Assembly (NCBI GenBank): GCA_965113315.1
Contig: OZ220374.1
DNA from: Podarcis vaucheri
Taxonomy: Eukaryota
Direction: 5' to 3' (one strand)
Length of the DNA stretch: 64,000 bases
Shown: positions 1 through 11,899 of the stretch, piece by piece
Position numbering within the stretch: position 1 is the stretch's first letter
How the letters are laid out: each line of letters starts with the position of its first letter
Program-made: the position numbers and the translations under genes
The notes under the pieces: generated by a model
The model's input: the letters and a program-made list of their open reading frames with translations, nothing else
Databases searched by the model: none
Told to the model about the DNA's origin: nothing

Positions 1-325
1 AGGAAGGTTCAGGAAGGGAGGGGTGGTGGTCCCCACCATTCCTCCTCAGTCCAGTCCCTGATAGGAATTTTGTTAAAACCTTTTCAGAAGTCCAAATACA
101 TGCCTAGTTGCAACACTTCATGTCTGTAGCCATCTCAAAGCTGAACCTTCTAATGTTGAAGCAAAATATTCCACATATTTCTTTTATGAAGGTCAATCAT
201 CAGTAATGTAGCTCTGAAAACTATATCTGTAATGACAGATGGTTTTAATGTTGCACTGTACCCAAATATTAGGCTCAAGTTAGGTTGAAGTATACACTTA
301 CCTGAGAGTAAGAAAATTGTGCTAT

Positions 326-365
326 CATACCCTTCAACATTTCTGCAATGAAAATAGGGACATCC

Positions 366-409
<44 letters not shown>

Positions 410-682
410 CCCACCCATCTGACTGGGTTGCCACAGCCACTCTGGGCAACTTCCCACATATACAAAAACATAATAAAACATTAAAAAAAAACTTCTCTAT
501 ACAGTATAGTTACTTATCTCCTTGGCTCAGGGGGTCGCATAACTCCATACCCTCCCTCATTTCTTCAATGAAAATAGGGACGTCCTAAGAAAAAGTGGGA
601 CATTTCAGGATCAAATCAGAAACCAGGATGGCTTCTGTAAATCTGGTACTGTCCCTGGAAAATAGGGATACTTGGAGGCTTG
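326..682 (+). mobile_element. Composite non-autonomous DNA transposon (duplicated left end + captured L2 3' tail/(ATT)n + core MITE)
   Basis: Direct repeat CATACCCT..AAAATAGGGAC.TCCT at 326-366 and 546-586 flanks an L2-tail/(ATT)n segment. The same architecture occurs in reverse at 44060-44391. Confidence 0.7.
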
Positions 683-1049
683 TTTAGTCTAGAAAAAGGT
701 CTCCTGTGCATAAATGATGATAGGCCTCAGGTCAGTTGGGCGTTTAATAGCATTAAAATTGTAATATATTTCATGAAGATCTACCAATTTATCCCATTTT
801 AACCAGGTTATAGCATCCCCTTCCCTCCCTCCCAACAGCTGTATCAAATTACTACAACCACCACCACTCCAAGGTAGGGACCCCTTGTTCAGTGACTAAA
901 ACAATATAATTTGAATCACTGGAAATTCATCTCTGTTGATGATGAGACTGAGAGGATAATAGTTCATTCGGCTCTTCATGATCAGAGCAAAATGAGGCAC
1001 AGATTGGTAAGAGGCCAGAGGAGTAATTCTTGCACTACACTCAGTTGAA

Positions 1050-1385
1050 GGTAAAGGTAAAGGGACCACTGACCATTAGGTCCAGTCATGGACAACTCTG
1101 GGGTTGTGGCGCTCATCTAGCTTTATTGGCCAAGGGAGCTTCCGGGTCATGTGGCCAGCATGGCTAAGCTGCTTCTGGTGAACCAGAGCAGCACGCGGAA
1201 ACACCGTTTACCTTCCCGCCGCAGCAGTGCCTATTTATCTACTTGCACTTTGATGTGCTTTCGAACTGCTAGGTTGGCTGGAGCTGGGACAGAGCAATGG
1301 GAGCTCACCCCGTCGCAGGGATCTGAACTGCCAACCTCCTGATCGGCAAGTCCTAGGCTCAGTTGTTTAACCCACAGAGCGTCCC
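1050..1385 (-). mobile_element. Sauria SINE (Squam1/POM-type)
   Basis: tRNA-like head, body motif GTGCAAGTAGATAAATAGG and (TTTACC)n tail on the minus strand. TSD ACACT(C/A)AGTTGAA at 1037-1049 and 1387-1399. Confidence 0.95.
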
Positions 1386-2974
1386 AACACTAAGTTGAAC
1401 TGCCCCTATAAAGGTGTTTTGAAATCCTATCCCTATTAGCATACTGTATTATGATTACAGTACCAGGTTTGAATATCCATCTCTAGCTGCTACTTTGCCC
1501 CCGCAAGCTATTTAAAGAAAAGGGAAAATCCACAGGTTGGATTATGAAGTGTCATTCTTTTGGTTTGTTTTTAAAGCATGCATTTCCACTGTGAATGTTG
1601 TGAAATACTGAGAGTGTCATATATGGTTGCCTTTACTGAAAATCAAAATCCTCTTGCAAAATAAAGAGAAAGTGTATCTAACTCTCTATGGAAACCTTAA
1701 AAATATTTCAGATGAAGTTTTAAAACATTATCAAAAATAATTTTATATTTTATTAAGAGTTCAAGGAGGTGTTTAGAATCAAGCTGTGTATTGTACACAT
1801 TTTAACTCAAGGGCCTTTGAAGAAAGACTGGAGGAAACTGGAAAAGATTTGCATCTCAGTTAAAAGGAATACAGGGGCAGCTAGAAAAGAGCCACAGATT
1901 TAATTCAGTCCAAGATCAGAAATATCCCCACATACTGGCAGGATTCATGAGCTGGGCTCACAAGACAGAGTTTTGTTTTGAATCCCACAAACATGAAGCA
2001 ATGGTTTTAAAAAGTGAGCATGTGCAGAGCGATTCACCAATGAAAACCCACAGTCTACTCTCCCAAACCTGGGATTATGGACAGGGCTTTGGGGAGAGTG
2101 AGCATGACCCACAGGAAGCAGAAATTGCATCCCTCCTATTTCAAATAAATGAAACACCAGATAAATGATATAAGGCAATTTGCAGTGCATAGTCACACCT
2201 TAGCACTTCAGTTAAGTCTGGACAGTCTTTGGAAACTGACCATTAGTTTGCTAAGGTGAAAAGACAATCGTTTTACTTTACTTACTTGGAGAGAGGAGAG
2301 AGAGAGAGCTGTTGTCACTATTCCATTTTGTATACAAATTAGGGCATTTATTCCATTCCTTTATTTTGGATGGAGACCTGCTGCATGCAAGGAATTTTTG
2401 GAATCAGTTTGTTGCCGTATTTCCCTAGATTTGGCAGACAGATTGAGAGCAAAGTATTTGCAGAGATAAACTAGAGCTCCACTTGCATTCATAGAATGGG
2501 TTCAGCAAAGGCTCATTCTTTTCCTTGTTATTTGACACACCAAAGAGTAGCTCTTCTCCAAAACAACAGGAATAAACATTCTAATAAACTGTGGAGCTCA
2601 GTCAAGCATTGCTACAAATATAGTGTGGTTTTTCAGAAAATGTAAATAACATTTTAAAAGACAAACAAGCAAAGAAGAAAATCTTTCTCTGTGGGAAGTC
2701 CAGCAACTCTAATGGCATTTACTCAGGGGAAACTTAAATAAGAAAAGATGCACCCTGGCATTTTAAATGGTACACTCCTGCATTCTGTGGTGCCTTACAA
2801 TGACAACATGTATCACAGAAGTAGCATGTGAGGGCCTGAAAATCACTTTCTAATATCACATGGATATTGTCTATGTTGGCCAAAAACAGTCATTTCCAAG
2901 ATTCCTGCCATCTGTCAAGGAGCATTTTCAGTCTTAATCCATCAATCAAGAATGCTCTGCACTCCTCTTTAACT

Positions 2975-3160
2975 TCAGTACATTGCAGACAATTCGGGGG
3001 CACGTCCAAGTATGGTGACCAGAACAGTAAGGTGTTCAGAAAACAAGTTCCATATGCAATGGTTGAAGGAGCTGAGTATATTCACCTTGGAGAAGAGAAG
3101 ATCACGGAAGACATAATAGCAGTCTCCCCATATCTAAAATTACAGCCACAATGAAAGGGA
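2975..3160 (+). mobile_element. Degenerate CR1 LINE ORF2 3' fragment
   Basis: Frameshifted translation LKELSIFTLEKRR...DIIAVSPYLK resembles the CR1 motif [26 protein letters not shown]. Confidence 0.75.
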
Positions 3161-3261
3161 AAGAGTTGGTGCTATAAAACTCTTAATCAACCGTCAGAAG
3201 ATATTTGAGTGGTCCACCATCAGTCAGTATTGTTTGTGTGACATAAAAATTATGCTTATGA

Positions 3262-3337
3262 TTATTTACTTATACCCCGCCCATCTGGCTGGGTTTCCCC
3301 AGTCACTCTGGGCGCCTCCAGCCACTCTGGGCCACTC
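3262..3337 (-). mobile_element. L2 LINE 3' tail fragment
   Basis: TATACCCCGCCCATCTGGCTGGGTTTCCCCAG is the same tail as at 4700-5020, 11780-11898, 14775-14820 and 25151-25281. Confidence 0.8.
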
Positions 3338-4699
3338 TTGACTGAAGCTGGTTTTCTGCTGACATTTATACTCCTTCCTCATTATCGGCTCCCTGGCTTC
3401 CCACAGCCAAGATGAAAGTGAGGAATGAGATTTCTGAATGGTGGGGCCCTGGGTGCAAAAACATGGCACAAGCCAAGGAATGGCTGGCCGGTAGTGTCAA
3501 TGGGCAAAGAGATCTTAGTACTTTGAATTGTGCTTGGAATTTGTGCTTGGGAACCAGTGGAATTATTTTAAGACTGGTGAAATATGTTCTGTTTGTCAGA
3601 TTCCAATCAGAAATCTAGTCACCATAATTTTAATCAAGTGATACTTCTCAACTGTCTTCAAAGGCAGCTCCATGTACTATACACTGCATTAATCCAAATG
3701 GTATATTACGAACACGTGGATAACTGTGGCCATGACACATCTGTCCAGCACTCAGCCAATCCTACTCCAAAAATATAGCTACAGCAAAGAAGTCCCTGCC
3801 CTCCATGTATCTTTGGGCAGAAAAAAGTTATGACTGGTGTTTGAATTGTACAGGGACAATCTCTTCTCCAACCCCTGCTGGAAAGGCTCCTACTCCAGCT
3901 GTTGTCATGAGGAGTGACCAACAGTCTCAGCACTGGCCTGACTTGAAGGGCAGTCTGAGCATGCTCAGAGCTATTTTCTTGAAAGCTACACCTCAAAGTA
4001 CAGTACATTTTTTGTAGCTAGCCAGGAGAAGGGATGTGGTTATAAGTTTGAGCAGCTTGGGGTTTTTTTTAGTTGATTGTTAAGAGAGAGCAATGGTGAC
4101 CCAGGTGAGTATCTTTCTGTAATATTTATGTTTTACTTAATAATTCACATTCAGTTTTGAGAAGAATTTGGAGGGGAAATTGTGGCTTTTGTGTGCATTG
4201 CAACTTTCAACACTTAGGTTTTATTGGAATTGTAAGGTTAGTGTATGTTTCTAGGTTTGAGAGAAGTATGTCTGTCTAGCATTCCTGAAGACTCCAGCTA
4301 CAAAAGCTGAGGTTGATGAAGAGGCCAGAGACCACCTAGGGTTGTGAATCCTGGAAGACCGGAAGACCCATTCTCTGCACTTCAGGCCTTTTTCCTCCTG
4401 GCCTTGGAGGGCAGGGCCCTGACTGACTCTAGCTACAAAAGCTGAGGCTGCTGAACAGAATATTGGGCTAGGGTATTGTCTGGGGGGAATGTTGTGGAGG
4501 CAGTGCTGTTATTTATATTATTTTTGTGTGTATTTATTTTAGATCTTAAGATTTATGTGGAAATTATTCAATTTGGATATGTATTTTTATATGGTATTGT
4601 TTGTAACTAGTTTTATTGTGTTGTAATTATGTGTGTTTTCATGTTGTAAGCTGCCTTGAGCATGGCTTGAACTATGGAAAGGCGGCATACAAATAAAAT

Positions 4700-4986
4700 T
4701 ACTGAGATCCAGCACCGAGGGCCTTCTGGCGGTTCCCTCATTGCAAGAAGTGAGGTTACAGGGAACCAGACAGAGGGCCTTCTCGGTGGTGGCACCCGCC
4801 CTGTGGAATGCCCTCCCTTCACATGTGAAGGAAATAAGCAGCTATCTTCTCTTTAAAAGACATCTGAAGGCAGCCCTGTTTAGGGAAGTTTTTAATATTT
4901 AATGCTGTATTGTTTTTAACACTTGATTGGCAGCCACCCAGAGTGGCTGGGGGAACTCAGCCAGATGGGCGTGGTATAAATAATAA

Positions 4987-5018
<32 letters not shown>

Positions 5019-5020
5019 TT
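4700..5020 (+). mobile_element. L2 LINE 3' end (ORF2 C-terminus + 3'UTR + (ATT)n tail)
   Basis: Encodes RAFSVVAPALWNALP...FKRHLKAALFREVF, typical of the L2 C-terminus, followed by GGTATAAATAATAAA and (TTA)n. Confidence 0.85.
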
Positions 5021-5286
5021 ATCATGTATGTATGTAGGTTTATAAATTGTTGTGTGTGCTTGTTTGCCTACTGTGAAAAGAAGATGTTGTACTAGATGGG
5101 CCTTTGGCCTGCTTCAGGAGGCCCCTTCTACAGTGGTGGTTATACTGTTTATACAAAGGTTGAGTGATGTGGGATCACCTTACTCAATACAAGCAAAGGT
5201 TCCTCATTTGATGACACAGGTGCACTCAGAGCATGCATAAGTCATTTTTTTCCAAGTCTCATAATTCCTAATCATGGCTCCTCTTA

Positions 5287-5441
5287 TAGGAGCCAACTCC
5301 TAGGGGCTGTGAGGGCTTCAGCCCCCACAAAATTGATAGGCATTGTCATTCAAATGGTGTGTGTACGCCATGCCATGTAATTGATTATGTGGGGTGGGGC
5401 TTACCAGCCCCCCCAATATTTTATTAAGGTTGGTACCCTTG
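5287..5441. mobile_element. MITE (hAT-like; related copies at ~15300-15479 and ~28335-28516)
   Basis: Three dispersed copies share the ends (AACTCCTAGGGGC ... CCAATATTTTATT.AAGTTGG..CCC.TG) and the internal GGCATTGTCATTCAA. Confidence 0.65.
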
Positions 5442-5579
5442 ACTCTTCTGCTCAAGTCTGTCTGTGAGCAAAGGCTGTGATTTGTGGCGAGGAGTCAATG
5501 GTGGTAATACATAATCTCTGAATCACACTTCAGGGAGAATAATCCCTGAAGACACCAGGGATTGAACCTTGTGTGGGAT

Positions 5580-5751
5580 AAAAAAATTCCTTCCAGTAGC
5601 ACCTTAAAGACCAACTAAGTTAGTTCTTGGTATGAGCTTTCGTGTGCACGAAAGCTCATACCAAGAACTAACTTAGTTGGTCTTTAAGGTGCTACTGGAA
5701 GGAATTTTTTTATTTTGACTATGGCAGACCAACACGGCTACCTATCTGTAA
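5580..5751. mobile_element. Penelope-like element terminal fragment with fold-back inversion
   Basis: Perfect 67-bp inverted repeat (5578-5644 / 5647-5713) followed by GCAGACCAACACGGCTAC. 12-bp TSD CTTGTGTGGGAT at 5568-5579 and 5752-5763. Confidence 0.8.
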
Positions 5752-5864
5752 CTTGTGTGGGATGTAATCCACTGGGAGCAGTCAAGTACAACATTCCTTG
5801 TAATGCTAGAGAAGACATGCGAGGGAATGTTTGGTTCAGCCAGTCAAAACTTCCTCTTCCTCCT

Positions 5865-7755
5865 AGTAATTACAATAGAAGACCCCATAAAAGGGATAAA
5901 TAAAACTATTGAACTACTGGAGGAATTTGGAAGGTTATCTGGGTTTAAACTAAACAAAATTAAAACAAAGATGCTGATAAAAAATGTAGACGAACAATCG
6001 AAAAATAAAATTGAGTTCGAATCCGGGATAAAGACATCGAAGAAGGTTAAATATCTAGGTATCTGGGTTTCCCCAAAAAACATAAATCTGGTGGAAGACA
6101 ATTATAACAGAACCTGGAGAGAGTGCAAAAAAGACTTAGATAGTTGGAGTAGATTACAGCTCTCGTGGGAGGGGAGAATGGCTGCCATCAAAATGAATAT
6201 CCTCCCAAAAATGACATTCCTATTCCAGAACATCCCAGTAGTAAGGGGTACAACAATGTTTAAAGAGTGGCAGAGGACCCTGTCTAGGTTCATCTGGCAG
6301 GGCAAAAGGGCCAGGATTAAATATAAGCTACTCACTGACAGAAGAGATAGAGGAGGGTTCGCGGTCCCGAACCTGCAATTGTACTACGAGGCCTCCTGTC
6401 TATGTTGGACTAAAGAATGGATAACTTTAGATAACACTGACCTATTGGATCTGGAGGGCTTTGATGCTAGGTTTGGGTGGCACGCATACTTATGGCAGGA
6501 AAAGGGGAGAGTACATAGAGGATTCTCCAACCATATTATAAGAGGGACGTTGTTGGAAGTATGGAACAGATGTAAGAGGTTGATAGAGAAAGACACCCCA
6601 TGGTGGCTGTCACCCATTGATATTCTAGCAATTAAGAAACCAAACATGGAAGGCAAAAGGTGGACATACGCTGATCTTCTGAGAAGGTCTGATAAGGGAT
6701 GGGAAATTAGGCCCTACGAAGAGTTAAAAGATAAATTAACGGGATGGTTTCAATTCCACCAAATCAATGCCCTCTGGAACGAGCATAAAAAAATCGGTAT
6801 GAGTAAGAACAAATCCAAGTTCCAGCTAGAAATAATAGAAGGGAAATCTAAACTCTTATCCAAAATGTACAACCAGCTATTAGACTGGGACACTATGGAC
6901 GAGGAGGTTAAAGAGGTTATGATTAAATGGGCCATAGATTTAGGATACCCCCTAGAATACGAAAGATGGACCAAATTATGGAATAAGGATATGAAATTTT
7001 CAGCTTGTGTTGGACTCCGAGAAAATATGGAAAAGATGATGTACCGTTGGTACATCACACCAACAAAATTAGCTAAAATGTATAAAACCGGAGACAAGAC
7101 CTGTTGGAAGTGCAAGAAGAAAGAAGGAGATTTTCACCATATGTGGTGGACATGCAAGGAGGTAAAGAGGTTCTGGAGCTCAGTCTATGAGGAATTAAAA
7201 AAGATTCTAAAGTACACCTTTCCTAAAAAACCTGAGGCATTCCTCCTAGGAATGGTGGGGGATGAAATCAAGAAAGAGGACCAAACCCTATTCCAATATG
7301 CAACAGTATCCGCTAGGATACTGTTGGCACAGAATTGGAAAACCCCCAACGTCCCAACAATCAGAGATTGGCAAACCAAGTTAATTGAGTATATTGACTT
7401 AGCAATAATGACACAGAAGATCAGGCAACAGAAAAACACCAAATTTATCAACGACTGGAATAAATTCCTCTCATACATGGAAACGATTATAGGAAACATT
7501 AAAATCACAGTAGGTATAATATAAAAACTGCGAGGTAGAAACAATGGTTAACAAAAAACGCTGCTGACTATATATCAATGAATTATAGCTCACGTTGCGG
7601 TGATGGGAAGTCGAATAATGTAACAGAATTGTATATTAAAATTTGATTTTGGTTTTATGTAATTTTCCTTTGCTTGTTGACTTTGTTTTAGTGAATGATG
7701 TATATGTGTTTTAAGCTGTTGTTATAAAAATAAAGGTTTATAAAAAAAAAAAAAA
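5865..7755 (+). mobile_element. Young 5'-truncated L1 LINE
   Basis: Perfect 19-bp TSD AAAACTTCCTCTTCCTCCT (5846-5864, 7752-7770). AATAAA at 7729-7734 and poly(A) at 7742-7755. ORF2 is uninterrupted. Confidence 0.97.
5866..7524 (+). CDS. L1 ORF2 C-terminal half (end of RT, thumb, C-terminal CCHC zinc knuckle); lacks endonuclease and YADD, so non-autonomous
   Basis: Motifs FGRLSGFKLNKIKT, KYLGI, KMNILPK, RFIW, GGFAVPNLQLYYEA and CWKCKKKEGDFHHMWWTC. The first ~37 aa of the ORF-track protein come from flanking LTR/TSD sequence. Confidence 0.93.
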   Translation, partial: VITIEDPIKGINKTIELLEEFGRLSGFKLNKIKTKMLIKNVDEQSKNKIEFESGIKTSKKVKYLGIWVSPKNINLVEDNYNRTWRECKKDLDSWSRLQLSWEGRMAAIKMNILPKMTFLFQNIPVVRGTTMFKEWQRTLSRFIWQGKRARIKYKLLTDRRDRGGFAVPNLQLYYEASCLCWTKEWITLDNTDLLDLEGFDARFGWHAYLWQEKGRVHRGFSNHIIRGTLLEVWNRCKRLIEKDTPWWLSPIDILAIKKPNMEGKRWTYADLLRRSDKGWEIRPYEELKDKLTGWFQFHQINALWNEHKKIGMSKNKSKFQLEIIEGKSKLLSKMYNQLLDWDTMDEEVKEVMIKWAIDLGYPLEYERWTKLWNKDMKFSACVGLRENMEKMMYRWYITPTKLAKMYKTGDKTCWKCKKKEGDFHHMWWTCKEVKRFWSSVYEELKKILKYTFPKKPEAFLLGMVGDEIKKEDQTLFQYATVSARILLAQNWKTPNVPTIRDWQTKLIEYIDLAIMTQKIRQQKNTKFINDWNKFLSYMETIIGNIKITVGII

Positions 7756-10700
7756 CTTCCTCTTCCTCCTGGCTGGAGCATCCTTCCTTTTGCATGTGAT
7801 AGAAGGTGGGTGTGACCTAACCTGTCCAGGTAACAAAAGGACAGGTCACGCAGCACACCTCTCTCTTTTTCACTTCCTTCGTTGTTTGAACAGCTTTTAG
7901 CTAGGACTGCTCTGCTAGCTCTCAGCTAGCAGAAGCTCCGGGATTATCCCCCCATATGGGGTAGATCCATATGTACATATTTGTAACTAAGTCTGCCTTC
8001 AGGGATCCAACTGTGAACTGATGTAAGTAAACTTCTTTTATTGACTTTGAATAAGGTTGTGGCATCTTTATTCTTTTAAGAGGGATTCAAGGGAACTTAC
8101 CAGGAACATACAATTCAATCCGAAGACAGACTGAATTGTATAATAGTAAGAGGCTTACACAAGCCTGCAACCAGCTATCTGCTGTGCATGTAAAAGGGGA
8201 ATGTAAACTCTGCTAAGTAAAGGAACTTGCTAGCACAAGTTAGGAAGGATATTAATTCCCACACCTTGGACCCAGTGCATATAATGCAGATGCTCTAATC
8301 CTGAGCGGTGGTGAGCTTGCTCATTGGTTCCATGTAGAGGTCAAACAAGACGAAACAGAGTCCCATGACATACCAAAGCCATACTAACAAGGGGCAGAGC
8401 AATAGTTGCCCTGCACTATCTTCCAGAAATGGTCATCCAAATAGGCTGTAATTACTCAAGTACATTGTTCCCAGTCCCCACCACAGACAACTAGAGCAAA
8501 ATTATACCTGTGGCTTGGGGTTTGGGTAACCTGGAGAATGGAGTCCAAGCATCACTTTCATCACAGACTTCTTGTTGACCTTGATCAATTCAAAGTATCA
8601 TCGGTAAAACTGAAATAAATGAGACGCCTCTTGGACAGGGAAATAATTATTTTTTAATTCTCTTAAACCCCCCCCCCAGTGAACTTGATTTGCAATAAAC
8701 TTGAAACAAATGAAAGGCAAGACTTCTTCACACCATGTGTAATTAACATTTTTTGGCTGCTCGGACCGCCCGTGGAAAATCCGAACACTTCTGCACGACC
8801 TCATTCTCTTTAGGCGGGCACTTCTCCTCCTTCGGTTTGGTGGGTTGTGTGCAAGAGTCTGTCATCGCAGCCCGGAAAGGTAGAGTTGCTCTTCATGGTC
8901 AGCGACCACCGACAAAAATAAAGTAAAATAAAGTGCCTGTTTCACGTGGATGGCCGGATATCAGAAGGAAAGTAAATCCAAGCTTTCTTGTCTTAAGGAG
9001 GGCGCCTGGAGGGAATGGAAACGGGGTGGATGAGTTTGATTATTATTATTAATAGTGGTGATGATGCTAAATACAGCGCATGGGCAGTATGGGTGCGGCC
9101 CCTCCCCTCAGTCCCCCTCCCCACCATTTCCATCTGTGTAAATTCCAGATCTCCTCCTCCGCCTCCTCTCATTTATCACAAAGGCTCGTCCAAACTGCTG
9201 TCTTCTTGCGCCCCCCACTGCTGACGAGCCGCAGAGATCAAAAGGAGCCACACAGCCCATTTCTCTCTTCCCTTTCCTTCTCTTTCTCCCTCCCGGCACC
9301 GAGGGCTCCGTTTGGCGGCCAGGCTTTGCTTTTGTGCGCGCGTTTGCTGCCTCTCCCCGGAGCGACTCTTTCCCCTGCAAAAGGAACCTCCTGCAACTTT
9401 GCCAAGGAGGAGAGGAGAGGAAAGGACGACGGCGCAAAGATATTTCGAGTCCTTCCTGGACTGCAGAGTTTGGCAACGGAGCCTTTCCAGGTGGGGACCG
9501 ATTCCTGGACGACCCCCGGGAGCGAAATTTGGGCTAGTCTAACGGGTCCGATTGCCAAGCAAAGTCTGAAACGGCTTGAAATTTCCACGCTTAGCCCATT
9601 TCTTTGGAGGAAAGGTGAGAAACGGGGTTTTTTGTTTCTGTTTCTTGGGGGGGTGGGGGTGTTTCAAAAGTAACAGGAAAATAATAATGGTGAAGATCTA
9701 GGGCAGGAACCCGTTTGCCCCCACCCAAGATATTTGTTGAACTCCAACACCCAAGTATGGCCAAGGGTCAAGGGTCATGGGAGCTGCAGTCCACCTGTCT
9801 GGAGGGCCACAAGTTCGCCATCCCTGACTTAGAGAGGTGACTTCAGCAATGGACGACATGTGCTTCTTTTATATTTCAGGCTCTCGGCTTTGTTCTCATT
9901 AACCTGCAGGAAGGTCAGATTTTCAGGTACCGAATTAATGCAGACTCTGCTGGTCCTTAGTTTTTAAGAGTATCTGAGCACTTACACTCAATCATTACCT
10001 ATCATCTCTGTACTATGGCACAGGAGAAGTATTCTGTGTAAATCCAAAACTTGTAGCAACACAGTCAAGGGACCAAAGTGTGATGTCAGCAAAATTATAC
10101 TCAGCCAGTAAGAGAGCATAGAAGGGATCCCTTAAGACTGATTCATCACTATTTGACTCCCCTCGATCAGCTTGCATTACTCACCATTGCAGTGGTAAAA
10201 AGAGGGGGTTTTCTCCAGCTATTGTGGCTATATTCTGTTTCCACTGTCCGAACCAGTATGCCTCTTAATATCAGTTGCTGGGCTTCACAAACCGGGAGAG
10301 TGTTCCTCCGCTCAGGACCTTATTTGTGGCATCTTGCTGGCCACTGTAAGAACAGGATGCTGACTAGACGACTCTGTGGCCTGACCCAGCCGGACTCTTC
10401 TTACATCGCTGCCCTTTTAATGAAGGATTATTGGCAAAGGGGAATTCTGACTCGCTTTAGCGACTGTGAAGCCCCAGTCCCCATTCCCACAAAGCATTAA
10501 GATATGTGGTGTAAGATGCTGATCTATCTATCCCAATGTTATTTTCCTGTCTAATCCTGTTCTTCAGTCCTACCCACAAACCAGTAAGGCCGAAGCACTG
10601 GACTTCATCGTTTAGAGCAGCTGAGTCTCCTGGGCAGCGTATGGTGGACACAGAACCGTCAGCGATTCACAGGTCGCGCAGCCTGGAGACCCTTTGAGCG

Positions 10701-11779
10701 CTTTGGGGCCCGTCTGTCTGCCTTTTTCTGCCTCTGCCTCAGTTTGTCTTCTCTGAAATGGGAATGTTAATCGTCTAGGATTGCCCGATTGCCCCGAGAG
10801 TAAGATGCAAACTGCGAGGCGCGTTGTATGGCCTGCGCAAAACAAAACCTAGCGAAACGCTTGAGGAACTCGCTCTTCTTAACTCGGAAGTCAATCCCAC
10901 TGTTTTCAATGAGGTTTCCTCGCTACCAGGCGTGTTTAGGGTTGCAGCAGAATCCCAGTGGCAGAATTAAAAGAACTGTTGCATTGAAGCCAATGGGACT
11001 TAAAGGACTTAACTTGGCCTGGGCTTTCGCGCCCAGTTTAATTTCGGGCTCATGGGACTGAGAGATGGACGGTTGACGTCAGATATCAGTAACAAAGAGC
11101 CCGGCGGCCCCTGAGAGACCAGCACATTTTGGATGGCATTTGCTAGTCTCTCAGGTGCCGCGGGACCCTTTCTTTTGTTTTGCTGCAACCGACTAACATG
11201 GCTACCCGCCCTGAAGCAGAAATATATCCAACACACTTCCGCGTATTTGAATGGACGTGCTGTAACGGCATGGTAATAAAATCGGCTTTTCCATTCATTT
11301 TAAACTGTTTATTTGAAAGGTGTTTTTTTATTACGCGCGTGCGTGCGTGTTTGCTCGTTCAAAGCCCCGAGTCCAATTTTAATCATTCCTTTATTGTTTT
11401 ACTGTTGGTAATTAGGGTAATTTATTAAAGCAAACAAACTTCGAAACTAATTGCATCTGGCTTTTCCCTCTTGCATAAGTGTATATCCGAACCTCGCTCC
11501 TTTCTACTTTTCTAGGTGGCTTCTGTGGGGTTTGTGAAGAACTCTGAAGGAAATGAATAGCCCCAGCCTGGAATAAAGTCCCTCCCCTTAAAAAAAAACA
11601 ACCAAAAAAACCCAGGATACCACGTTTATACTACAGTAGGACGATAGAAAGGCATTTTCCTGGTTGCAGTTGGTGGAACAAAAAATATCTACCAATACCA
11701 GTGTGGGGAGTCACACTGATATTTAATGTCCACTTTTTTTCTTGAATGGGAAAGCTTTTAATGTTTGATGGACTACTGT

Positions 11780-11864
11780 ATTTTAATATTTTGTTGGAAG
11801 CCGCCCAGAGTCGCTGGGGAAACCCAGCCAGATGGGCGGGGTATAAATAATAATTTGTTATTAC

Positions 11865-11898
<34 letters not shown>
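11780..11898 (+). mobile_element. L2 3' tail with (TTG)n microsatellite
   Basis: GGAAGCCGCCCAGAG...CAGATGGGCGGGGTATAAATAATAA followed by (TTG)n. Confidence 0.85.
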
Positions 11899-11899
11899 A

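Larger units (their letters stand above)
5572..8263 (+). mobile_element. Solo LTR (~600 bp net) interrupted by a Penelope fragment and an L1
   Basis: Termini TGTGGGA...TCCCACA. 5-bp TSD CCTTG at 5567-5571 and 8264-8268. Homologous to the LTR at 49171-49724. It splits a tRNA-SINE remnant (CCAGGGATTGAACCTTG|GACCC...GCAGATGCTCT). Orientation is tentative. Confidence 0.85.

Noticed and set aside
5844-7544. Series of minus-strand ORFs (77-121 aa) opposite the L1
   Set aside because: Antisense shadows of the A-rich L1 ORF2 with no recognisable domains.
9080-9673. 197-aa ORF and overlapping ORFs in the GC-rich patch
   Set aside because: Low-complexity translation, open in several frames because of GC content, with no recognisable protein family.
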